Source: Naegleria gruberi
Taxonomy: Eukaryota
Reading direction: 5' to 3' (one strand)
Length of the DNA stretch: 64,000 nt
Assembly (NCBI GenBank): GCA_000004985.1
Contig: GG738874.1
Shown here: in pieces, positions 21,800 to 31,264 of the stretch
Layout: each line of letters opens with the position of its first letter
How positions within the stretch are numbered: position 1 is the stretch's first letter
Translations under genes and position numbers: made by a program
The notes under the pieces: model-generated
Database searches by the model: none
Told to the model about the DNA's origin: nothing
Seen by the model: the letters and a program-made list of their open reading frames with translations, nothing else

Positions 21800-23494
21800 A
21801 TGACACAACAGCCACCTCACATTCCACCAGAAATTCTTTCTCTCATAAAAAGTTATTTTTGTCATGGACGTGAATGGGAATTTTTAATGACAAGTTTTAG
21901 ATTTGTTTGCAATGATTGGTATCAAGTTTATTGTCATGATAAGGTGAATCGTATTCGCATAGAATTAACTTCAAATTCTATCACTACATTGGGGAGATCT
22001 AATATTGAAAAATTATGTATGGAGGGCAATAGTTGTTTATTAGGAGTTGATAAAATACAATTTTGCAATGTTGGTACACAAGAATTGCAAGCTATATTGA
22101 ATTGTAATAATTTTACGAATTTAGAGCATTTATTTATTTCTGGGCATTTTGATGTAAAAGTTTTTGAAGAAATTGTAACGAGCGAACCTAATTTATTTAT
22201 TTATAATTTAAAATATTTCTATATATATCATTTGACACCTAACATAGAGGAAATGGTTAGAGTTTTTCAAAAATGTGTTTCAATATCTAATCATCCTTCC
22301 TTTTATTATTTAATATTTATATTAAATACTAATATTATATATTTAAAAAGAGCTGTCGAATTAAATTATTTACCAGCCATTACGAGAATGAAAGAATTAA
22401 CAACGAATGAAAATGAAAAAGTGGAATTGATGATTAAAGGAGCTCAATTGGGTGATTATACTATGCAATTTGATTTGGCTAATTATTATAAAACTAGTGA
22501 ACAACATTCGGAGGCAATACAATGGTTTTTGAAAGCACTAGCTCACAATAACAAAAAAGAAAATCTCACTATTTATAATTATTTAGGAAACTGTTATTTG
22601 GAAGGATCTGGTCTTGAAAAAGATATTAAAAAGGCCCAATATTGGTTTGAAAAAAGTGCACTGAAAGGAAATGCATATGGTCAATTCGGTGTTGCATCCT
22701 GTCATGATGAAAATCATTCTTATACCAAAGCATTTGAATGGTATAAAAAAGCAGCAGACCATGGGGACTCTAATGCTTTATTCAATGTTGCTTATTGTTA
22801 TGAATGGGGTGAGGGTGTTGAAAAGGATCTCTCCAAATCATTTGAATGGTTCCTAAAGTCTGCTGAAAAAGGAGATGCTGAAGCTCAGTATCGTATTGGT
22901 ATGCGTTATACAATGGGAAAAGGAGTTGAAAGAGATTTATATAAGGCATTCAATTGGTATTATAAATCCTCCAAAAACGGATATATAAATTCCATGTTTC
23001 AACTTGGATATATGTATGCTAGTGGTAAAGGAACATCGTTTGATGGAGCTAAATCATTGAAATGGCTAAGTAGGGCAAGTGAAGGTTACGAACATGCTAA
23101 AACAGTTATTGGATTTTTAAATCATTTTGGATTGAATTCAATGAGCAAGGAACTCAATTATGCTGATCAAATGAATATTTCAGAATCAATTAAGAAGAAT
23201 ACAATTGAATCTCTTCGCAAGTGTGGTGCTTGTGATAATATTTGCAAGGGATTTTTCAAATCAACTTTAGATGGCGGATTATCTTTTAATGTTTGTAATG
23301 ATTGTTTAAAATGTATGGATTTGGAACAGATCAAGGAAAAATTTAAATCTGAAATTGGAGACAGAATACTGTATCACACTCATTACCTTGCAAATTTCCT
23401 TCCTCTCATCATTTATTGTAGAGATGAGAATAAGGTTGTTAATTCAAACCTGGAGAGTTTTATTACACAACTGGAAGATTGTGCCAAAGAATAA
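21800..23494 (+). CDS. Sel1-like repeat (SLR/TPR-like) protein with C-terminal Cys-rich zinc-finger-like segment
   Basis: At least six Sel1 repeats are present (…AQYWFEKSALKGNAYGQFGVASCH…AFEWYKKAADHGDSNALFNVAYCYEWGEGVEKDLSKSFEWFLKSAEKGDAEAQYRIGMRYTMGKGVERDLYKAFNWYYKSSKNGYINSMFQLGYMYASGKG…). The C-terminus reads CGACDNIC…CNDCLKC. The true ATG is at 21800; the track start at 21788 is a TTG. Confidence 0.7.
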   Translation: MTQQPPHIPPEILSLIKSYFCHGREWEFLMTSFRFVCNDWYQVYCHDKVNRIRIELTSNSITTLGRSNIEKLCMEGNSCLLGVDKIQFCNVGTQELQAILNCNNFTNLEHLFISGHFDVKVFEEIVTSEPNLFIYNLKYFYIYHLTPNIEEMVRVFQKCVSISNHPSFYYLIFILNTNIIYLKRAVELNYLPAITRMKELTTNENEKVELMIKGAQLGDYTMQFDLANYYKTSEQHSEAIQWFLKALAHNNKKENLTIYNYLGNCYLEGSGLEKDIKKAQYWFEKSALKGNAYGQFGVASCHDENHSYTKAFEWYKKAADHGDSNALFNVAYCYEWGEGVEKDLSKSFEWFLKSAEKGDAEAQYRIGMRYTMGKGVERDLYKAFNWYYKSSKNGYINSMFQLGYMYASGKGTSFDGAKSLKWLSRASEGYEHAKTVIGFLNHFGLNSMSKELNYADQMNISESIKKNTIESLRKCGACDNICKGFFKSTLDGGLSFNVCNDCLKCMDLEQIKEKFKSEIGDRILYHTHYLANFLPLIIYCRDENKVVNSNLESFITQLEDCAKE

Positions 23495-23920
23495 TATTAG
23501 GATATTAAGCAAATTACACCAATCATTAGATTAACCCAAATATAAAATATTACATTTTTTAATTGCTTCAACCTTAATGAACTTGTCGCAAATAATTGAC
23601 AAGTTCAGGTTCATGTGAAATAATGACCGAAGAATTCAAGAAGTTTTCAATCTCTGGAAAAATCACCTCAGAAAACAACCATTGACTCTAATCTCAAAAT
23701 TTTCAAATAGGAACACGAAACTACGTGCACGTCCCAACACACATCTTAATCAGAACCGAATTCCTAAATAAACCATTTAGAACTTTCGAAGAAACAAGCG
23801 AACATTGAATGACCTTAATAGACAAGTTCTACAGTGCGTTCCTGACTGTTCTATAAAGCGAATAACAACTGGCAATAAATTCAATTTTTCACACATCTTT
23901 TAGAAATTAAATTCACAACT

Positions 23921-25011
23921 ATGTCTTCCTCAACAAATCAATCAAGCTACTCCACTACCGAGTGTATTTCAGAATCGGCAATTACCTTTGAATGCAACTA
24001 TTTATTTGACTCATGTGATGAGGAATGTCAATATGGTCCATCATTATCACATCATCAGAATTCAATACCGAATGTTGCTTCAATTCTATCATTGGATGAT
24101 TTGACCAATCTTTCAATTCAACATACTTCAAGAAACAGCTATGAAGATTTGTCAATTCTCAGTGATTCCGAAGGTGATGATGAAGATTGGATGAATCTCT
24201 TGTTTCATGATGGTTTGAGAATGCTTAATCACAATTCAAGGGAATGGATTATTGAACAGGTTAATTTTGATCATGATTGTAAGATTGTTAATGGAAAGAG
24301 GGATCTACCTCTTGAAAAGACTAATATTTCAATGAATATTAAGAATTTGGGTGAATTTATTGATATGAAGGAATGTGATCAATTTGGAACCTTGAATAAG
24401 TCAACATGTAAATTTGTCAAATCATCTGGTAATTATCACTATTATAGACCATCTCAATCATTAAGGAAAGCAAACTTAGAAAGACGTTGCTTGACTTGTT
24501 TTCATCGGAAAACTTTGGAATTACCTCCATGATGATTTCTCCTCCTTTGATGTTAGCTCACTGGTATGCTGTTTACCAAAAGAAAAGCATTGAACTGAAC
24601 AGTGCCAAATATTTGGAGTCTGAATGGATCTTCAATAATAGAGAACAATGTTTGGAATCAGTTGAATTGTTGCAAAGATATCCCAAGTCAATTCAAAAGA
24701 ACTTGAAGAGATATTCACAGGAAGAATTGGATCTTGTTTTCCCTAAAAAGATTGTTTGGAGAAGAATTTCATTCAGTACTATTCAGAAACATGGATTTAA
24801 CCTGCAAAGAGTTGAATCAAAAAGTGCTTCAGGCTCTCCTACCTATTCTATCAAGTGTGGATCTGAAACACTGCTTGAATTCATATCCTCATTAGAGTTT
24901 TGTTCCAATATTGTCAAGTTACTGACTCTTGTGTCTGTATCGGTCTTTTCTAGAACAATGGATCTTCCAGTTGACAATCTATGTGATCAATTGAAATTGA
25001 CTTTGAGATGA
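23921..25011 (+). CDS. hypothetical protein encoded in two overlapping frames (23921–24532 and 24487–25011), with a frameshift or unrecognised intron
   Basis: Two same-strand ORFs overlap by 46 nt in different frames. A 71-nt GT…AG segment with a weak GTTGCT donor would join them in frame. No family recognised. Confidence 0.35.
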
Positions 25012-25287
25012 TAAAATATTTGCCCTCATCACCAGATGGACAAGCAGTTCTTTATTTCAACTAAATAAAACCACATGTCAATGAGAATGTTTTTATTTTA
25101 TCCCCATGTATCCTAAAATGACATTCTGAAACCCAATGTTCAAATTTAGTGGACAACTTCTAATAGTGATAATTAGGTTCAGATTTGGTTGGATTTTAGG
25201 TAGTTGATTCTTAATAAATGCAAGTTTACTAAGGTTTCCATTTATGGAAGGGTATTTTTCGCCAAACTGATATTTTAACATGTGAAA

Positions 25288-25357
25288 TCGGGTGTGGTAT
25301 GTGGTAGCATTCCAGATTGTCACTCTGGCGACCCGGGTTCAATTCCCGGCACTCGAG
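25288..25357 (+). tRNA. tRNA-Asp (anticodon GTC), compact D-arm
   Basis: The acceptor TCGGGTG/CACTCGA pairs with one G·U. The anticodon arm is CCAGA-TTGTCAC-TCTGG (GTC). The T-arm is CCGGG-TTCAATT-CCCGG and the discriminator is G. A 3-bp D-stem ATG/CAT is present, and a T5 run lies 6 nt downstream. No scan was run. Confidence 0.55.
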
Positions 25358-25554
25358 ATTAATTTTTGACTTGATTCTTTATTTTTAACAAACAATGACT
25401 TTATAACTTCAAGACATATATCTGATCTACCTACTTCTCAATTTTTGTGAAATAAAGAATTGAAACCATCGAGAAAATAAGTTCAACTCTATTCGTTAAT
25501 TTTATTGCTAAAAAATTAGTTGAGTTAGATATTCAATGTACAAACTTGTATAAA

Positions 25555-26763
25555 TCAAGATCTGTTTTGCCATTTAGAAGATTCAATTCCCATTTCTACA
25601 GCATATTTCATGAAACGAAGAACATGATTTTTCTGGATGAGGGACAGAATTCCACTTTCATCATCAATGAATTTCTTTCTATTTTCATCACTACGATTAA
25701 TAATTGGAAAGACAACGCCATTCTTAAATGTTTGGGTAATTAACTGTTCAATATTTGTAAACTCTGGACTTGTTGCAAGGTTGGCAAATAAGTGCCCATT
25801 TTCTGCCACAGTTGTGAATTTGGAGTCCTTCCACAATAAGGCAACACCATCAAATGCCAAATAACGATCTGACAAGTTGTCAAATTTGGTCAACACAAAC
25901 ATGTAATTAATCTTGTGATCTTCAACGCACATCTTAGTATACTTGGCAAACAATGGCTTCAATTCTTCAAGTGTCTTGATGTGAGTCACGTCAATTGTAA
26001 AAATTACCAATTGAATTCGAAATTCCTCTTCGTATTGATTTGGAACAGTATTACATCCTTCAAATGGACCACTATTTGGTGGAATTAATCCTCTCAACAA
26101 GTGTTGGAAATAATTCTTTGCAGGTTCCCTTTCTACAACTCCTTTTTGTTTAGTTTCGTAAAATCCTGGCACATTCCACAAACGAATCTCAGCTCCATTT
26201 CTTATAGGAATAACACCAACTTCAGAAGATTTTGTAACAGAGTGATCAGAATCAGTAGCTTCAAAGAAACGTCCCGATTGAAATGTAATATTATCACATC
26301 CCAAAGCTTGTGCAATATTATTAAGGAGTCCGCTCTTTCCATCTCCTAAAGCTCCGAAACAAACAACATTTAAGGATTTGGTTTTCTTGCTTTCAAAGTG
26401 AATGGCCATCTTGTGGTGGATTTCTTCAAATAAGGTGATGGTAAGATCTGGATCTTTGAGGTTGAAACGTGGAATTTTGTGTTTCATTTCGAATCTGCCA
26501 GTCCAATTAGTTTTGGTGTTTTTGTTATTGGAAACTGTGACCCAGGCATCAAGAGAAAGATTGACATTCTGATCAGAAATTAAAACAAGTTGTGGTTTTT
26601 TGGTTGGATTCAATGTCAACAATGTTGTTTTTCCAGTTTCGTAATTGTAAACCGAAATGTTTTTGATTTCTTTTTCGAGACCTTTCAATTGAAAATGGTG
26701 CAAGTCGAGGAAGTTTGGAGTTTCTCCCGCTTCGTTTGGAATTGGAGAACTTGAGTTACCCAT
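25555..26763 (-). CDS. N-myristoylated P-loop GTPase, IRG/IIGP-like (immunity-related-GTPase-like architecture)
   Basis: The N-terminus is MGNSSS (MGxxxS myristoylation consensus). The Walker A motif is VVCFGALGDGKSGLLNNIAQALG, and a downstream LWNVPGF lies in the G3 position. The overall layout resembles Irga6 (MGQLFSS…GETGSGKSSFINTLRG…FWDLPG). The assignment is by eye only. Confidence 0.55.
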   Translation of the reverse strand: MGNSSSPIPNEAGETPNFLDLHHFQLKGLEKEIKNISVYNYETGKTTLLTLNPTKKPQLVLISDQNVNLSLDAWVTVSNNKNTKTNWTGRFEMKHKIPRFNLKDPDLTITLFEEIHHKMAIHFESKKTKSLNVVCFGALGDGKSGLLNNIAQALGCDNITFQSGRFFEATDSDHSVTKSSEVGVIPIRNGAEIRLWNVPGFYETKQKGVVEREPAKNYFQHLLRGLIPPNSGPFEGCNTVPNQYEEEFRIQLVIFTIDVTHIKTLEELKPLFAKYTKMCVEDHKINYMFVLTKFDNLSDRYLAFDGVALLWKDSKFTTVAENGHLFANLATSPEFTNIEQLITQTFKNGVVFPIINRSDENRKKFIDDESGILSLIQKNHVLRFMKYAVEMGIESSKWQNRS

Positions 26764-26966
26764 AGTTTTGTTTTTTTATTATTGTTTAACTAAGCTGAAT
26801 GTTTCGAATATTAATTATTAGCAGGAAGATGTACAATTCACGTTTCAAAATCACGTTTTGAAAAGATCTAAAATGAAACATGACAGATACGAAACGTGAT
26901 CAGAACCTAATCCATTATAAAATTATTGAATCCAAATTCATTACAATAATCCAATCTTGAAAAAAA
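26764..26966. promoter_or_regulatory. about 200-bp bidirectional promoter region between two divergently transcribed MG-initiated genes
   Basis: Intergenic AT-rich segment between the ATG at 26763 (minus) and the ATG at 26967 (plus). Confidence 0.3.
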
Positions 26967-27908
26967 ATGGGAAACTTGTCTTCCAACAATATTGAATTCT
27001 ATTCACCAGAAGAACACTATAAAAAAATTACCAAAGAAATTCCGAATAATGCTTTCCATCTATTAGAACGATATTTATCTCAAAAAGATAAACCAATTCG
27101 TCTCCATAGAATTTTCGATTATCCTAGCGATTCTACAACTTTCACTATTCGATACTTTACTTACTTGTCAAGAGCTCAAGAATCAACAGTTTCAGAAACT
27201 ATTGAACCAGGATTGAAATATATTTACTTTTATCTTCATGGATCTGACATGTCAGGTATTCTTGCCAAATTGCCAAATAATGTTTGTGCCATTTCGTTTA
27301 ATGCAGATGGAATTAAGGATATTCATAATGAAGATTTATTATCTTTTAAGAGTGAATCAAGTACGTTGGTTATCTGTCTATTGAAATATGTATTGATTCT
27401 TTTATTTTCTTTACTTTTGGTAGTGTTGTCAATGTTTTATTTGCCAAATCAAGGCAATAAAAAACCACAACAAATTGGAAGCAAATATATTGAGATAACA
27501 AGTCAAAACTATAGTAATGGGAAAGGCACAATTCAATTGACTTTTGATATGAAATACTGTCGTACTGTTGAACAACAACTTCTAAAACTTGGAGTTACAC
27601 TGAACATTCCTCCAGAAGATAGTATAAGATATTCAGACAAAAAGCTTGTGAGTCAGGATCAAGACAAGATAACAAGCACAAACATTGTTTCTCCAACATT
27701 AAATGAAAAAATTGAAGAAAGTCATGATACTGAGTTAGTTCAAGCTAAACAGGATGAAAGTCAAGCTCCAATAGAATCTACTTATGATATTCAGAACAGT
27801 AGACAAGAAAATCCTAACTCACAAGATTCAGCTATTTCCAACACCAATATGCAACAAGAATTGAGTGGTGTAGCGTTTGAAAATGAAAATATTGATAAGA
27901 TAGAATAA
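26967..27908 (+). CDS. hypothetical N-myristoylation-motif (MGNLSS) protein with one internal TM helix and Q/S-rich tail (313 aa)
   Basis: ATG ORF with MGNLSS at the N-terminus and a hydrophobic segment LVICLLKYVLILLFSLLLVVLSMFYL. No family recognised. Confidence 0.5.
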   Translation: MGNLSSNNIEFYSPEEHYKKITKEIPNNAFHLLERYLSQKDKPIRLHRIFDYPSDSTTFTIRYFTYLSRAQESTVSETIEPGLKYIYFYLHGSDMSGILAKLPNNVCAISFNADGIKDIHNEDLLSFKSESSTLVICLLKYVLILLFSLLLVVLSMFYLPNQGNKKPQQIGSKYIEITSQNYSNGKGTIQLTFDMKYCRTVEQQLLKLGVTLNIPPEDSIRYSDKKLVSQDQDKITSTNIVSPTLNEKIEESHDTELVQAKQDESQAPIESTYDIQNSRQENPNSQDSAISNTNMQQELSGVAFENENIDKIE

Positions 27909-27909
27909 A

Positions 27910-28987
27910 TTATTTTTTGCTTGTTATTATAATTTTACATAATCTTGCCAAGAGTGCTGTAAGTTGAAGAGGTGTATCAACACCATCACTTATCCTTAAA
28001 TGACAATCACCAATCTCTTTGATAAATTGTAATTGAGCATATTCAGGCATTTGGACAGCTCCACTTCTAACAACTTTGGAAAGAGTAGAAATTACATCTT
28101 GAGAACTGTATCCCTCACCCATTAATTTAGTAAGCTCTTTTTGAGAACTCATTAAATCACCTTGAATACATGATCCAATAATTGTTTGAATAGCAACTGG
28201 ATGAGGTTGATCACAAACTTTGAAAACATTAGTGGCATTTACAATTCCAAAACCTTGATAGGTAGCTTGTAAACTATTAATTGCATTTCTCATGTCACCG
28301 TCTGAAGTATAGAGAATTGATTCCAAACCATCCTCTGTTTTTTGGACATGTTCTAATTCACAAATAACAATTAATCTGGTCAAGAGTTCAGCATCTGTCA
28401 GCCTCTTATATCTGACGAGAGCACATCTTGATTGAATTGGTTCAATAATTTTAGAGCTATCATTGCAAGCAAGAGCAAATCTAGTTGTTGAAGAATAAAT
28501 TTCCATAATACGTCTCATAGCTTGTTGAGCAGCTGATGTCATTGAATCAGCTTCATCCAAAATAACTATTTTGTGTCTATTTGGTGGAAGATTAACTTTC
28601 TTTTGAGCAAATTGTTTAATTTTGTTTCTCACAACATCAAGTGTTCTTTCATCAGAAGCGTTCAATTCTAAAACAGCTTCTTTATATACTTCCTTTCCCA
28701 ATAATGATCTAGCTAAACACATTATACTCGTTGTTTTACCAGTACCTATTATAAATCAATGGTGTGATCATCACAACTCCTATTTAATAAATTAAAATTA
28801 AAAACCTACCTGGTGGTCCAGACAAAATCAGATTCGGCATATTACCTTCCTCAGCAATAACTCTAAGTCTCATGACAGCCTCTTCGTTTCCGACAATATC
28901 ATCCATATCAATGGGACGATATCTTTCAACCCAAGGTCTGTCCATTTCTGTTGGCACACCTGAAGAAGAAGAATTTGATGCAATCAT
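27910..28987 (-). CDS. RFC2: replication factor C small subunit (RFC2/RFC4 family AAA+ clamp-loader subunit), 2 exons (28808–28987, 27910–28747)
   Basis: Exon 1 is [60 protein letters not shown]. An intron (G|GTAGGT…TAATAG) joins the Walker A motif to [20 protein letters not shown]-box-like DEADSM, SRC (SRCALVRY) and sensor-2 motifs are present. Confidence 0.85.
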
Positions 28988-29043
28988 TTTTTTTGAATTT
29001 AAAAAAGTGGAATATTTTTGGCGGCAAGTTTAAAAAAAATAAG

Positions 29044-30747
29044 ATGCTTGCTTCCAACTTGATGAAAAGCCTGACGAAGGAGAAGGGCAATCTTTCCGAT
29101 CATTCATCATCACACAAAGGACAGCATCATCAGCAAGATAGTCATCATGTTGATCATGATGGACCACTTCAATTTAAATTTCAAAATACAACAAATAATT
29201 GGGATGAATCTCCGAGTCTAAATAATAGTCTTCCTTCATCACCAATAATTAGATCTCCTGTAAAACCAAAAAGAAGTAGAGCAAATCAACAACATGACAA
29301 TAATCAGCATTCGAGTAGTAGTGGCAATTTATTGGATAATTCACCTTTTCAAAATTTATCAGTTGTTCAAAACTTTTCATTTCCTGATTTCTTACATAGA
29401 CAATCCATATTTTGGACAATATTAGTATTAACTTTAGGATATTTATTGGGTAGATGGGAGTTGTCATTATCTTGGTTTTTAGTTTTTACTATTGTAGTTT
29501 ATTCACTTTCTTCTAGAATTGCTAGAGATTCTTCAAGAACAATTAACGATTTATTGCGAGTTAAAAAATTAAAAGAGTGGAAGCAGTGGAGAGAGAATCA
29601 TCTTCCAAAGTATCTCACTTCGAATAATAGTGGGAAATTATTTACAAACACAACTGGAGACCAAACTGAAAACACAAAAAGAGATGCAACTCTTGCATGT
29701 GTAAATATTATAATGGATCAATTGTGGAGAGGATTCAATTCTGAATTTATTGTAAAAATGGCGAATGATTGGCTTAAAGAAAATCCAATAGCTTCCAACT
29801 TTGATATTCAAGTTTCATTTCTTGATATAGATAACGATAATCCCCCTTTCTTTACAATGATACACTGCTCAGAAAACACACCGAAGAAAACTGTAATTGA
29901 TGGCTGTTTGGAATACCATGGAGAGTTATTACTCCAATGGTTTGTAAAATTGTTGATTCCTATCCAATTTTTATTGAAAGATGTTTCTGCCAAGGTTAAA
30001 TCTAGAATTAGCATCGAATATTCTGACAATTTGGAGGAATTTGGAAGAACTATATCCAAGGTTGATTTTTGTTTTATGGAGTATCCTGAATTTAATGTAT
30101 CAGTTCAAATGTTCAATTCTTTAGATTTAACTGGATCCATTCCATCTCTTCAAAATCAATTGAAGCTAGGGTTTGAAAAAGCTCTTTTGAACTTTGTCTA
30201 TCCAAAATTTATTACCGTCTATCAATTTGGTGAAGGAAACTCTCCAGGATTAAATTTGGAAATTGATAAGATTGTTGTGGAAGGATTGGAGGATGAGATA
30301 AAGAGTAATTTATTTAACATTAATCAATTACTCAAAGCAATTAACAAATCATCAGGAGAAAGTAAGGAAAGTATCAAAACTGAAGTTTGTAACAATATTC
30401 TAACTCTCCTTTTCCAAGCAAGAGAACCAGGTAAAATTCCAATAGGAATGACAGAAACCATTAGAAATGGATTTCAAATTCTCAACATGTTGGCTTTTGA
30501 AGAAACTGAAAATGGTGAAGCCAATGAAAAGATTATGGAATTATTGTTAAAGACTGAAAACTTGATATTCATTGCTGATGTTGTTAGGAAATGTACTCTT
30601 GCCGATGAACTCGTAATGAACATATTATTCAAAGTTAAGAATACTTCACTTAAAAACCAAATCAATAAGAGGTTCCAAGAATTGGAATTGGCAGATATTC
30701 TTTTCCTAGTAGTTGGCAGAAATGATAGACCAAAATCCAACAATTAA
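29044..30747 (+). CDS. membrane protein with possible SMP (synaptotagmin-like mitochondrial-lipid-binding) domain, Tex2/Nvj2-like; tentative
   Basis: The ATG is at 29044; the track starts earlier at a non-ATG. One TM segment (IFWTILVLTLGYLLGRWEL) is followed by LACVNIIMDQLWRGFNSEFIVKMANDWLKENP, which resembles the SMP start motif (…N-x-h-h-x-x-h-W…). The remainder is unassigned. Confidence 0.45.
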   Translation: MLASNLMKSLTKEKGNLSDHSSSHKGQHHQQDSHHVDHDGPLQFKFQNTTNNWDESPSLNNSLPSSPIIRSPVKPKRSRANQQHDNNQHSSSSGNLLDNSPFQNLSVVQNFSFPDFLHRQSIFWTILVLTLGYLLGRWELSLSWFLVFTIVVYSLSSRIARDSSRTINDLLRVKKLKEWKQWRENHLPKYLTSNNSGKLFTNTTGDQTENTKRDATLACVNIIMDQLWRGFNSEFIVKMANDWLKENPIASNFDIQVSFLDIDNDNPPFFTMIHCSENTPKKTVIDGCLEYHGELLLQWFVKLLIPIQFLLKDVSAKVKSRISIEYSDNLEEFGRTISKVDFCFMEYPEFNVSVQMFNSLDLTGSIPSLQNQLKLGFEKALLNFVYPKFITVYQFGEGNSPGLNLEIDKIVVEGLEDEIKSNLFNINQLLKAINKSSGESKESIKTEVCNNILTLLFQAREPGKIPIGMTETIRNGFQILNMLAFEETENGEANEKIMELLLKTENLIFIADVVRKCTLADELVMNILFKVKNTSLKNQINKRFQELELADILFLVVGRNDRPKSNN

Positions 30748-31264
30748 CATGTTAATTCACACAATATTAATTTTAAACATGGCGTGTATGGTACACTTCC
30801 AACTGTAATAACAATACTCGCTTATACGGTTTTTACTGCCCATAACGATTCCTCAACTTGACCGCGTTACCCATCACACATTGTTACAATATGTTTTTTG
30901 TGTTGGTTTTTTTTGCATCGTCTTTTGATTGGCCAGTTTGGGGCACGTCCATTTCACAAGGTGGTCACAAAAAACAAGCACGCAAAAAATAAAAACTGCT
31001 ACATCATCTCTTACCGCGCTCTTCTCTGAGATTCAACAAATAAGAAACCTCTGTTGACGTCAACTTTTTGTGATAACAATTTTATTGTATAAAGGTTTGT
31101 CGGCCCTCGAGAAGAAATTTTGAATCGGAAGACATTGTAAATAATATCTACTATCAACATTAAATTATCATCATCATCAGCATATCACTGCTGCAATAAG
31201 AGTGATATCATAATCCTAGATTTCTACAGCAAGAGCATTTAGAACAATAACAACAATAATAATA

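Noticed and set aside
25093-25323. 76-aa minus-strand ORF
   Set aside because: It overlaps the tRNA-Asp and AT-rich intergenic DNA, and has no coding features.
28951-29043. N-terminal extension of the 598-aa ORF ([31 protein letters not shown])
   Set aside because: The track start is not an ATG and overlaps the first exon of the minus-strand RFC gene. The first ATG in frame is at 29044.
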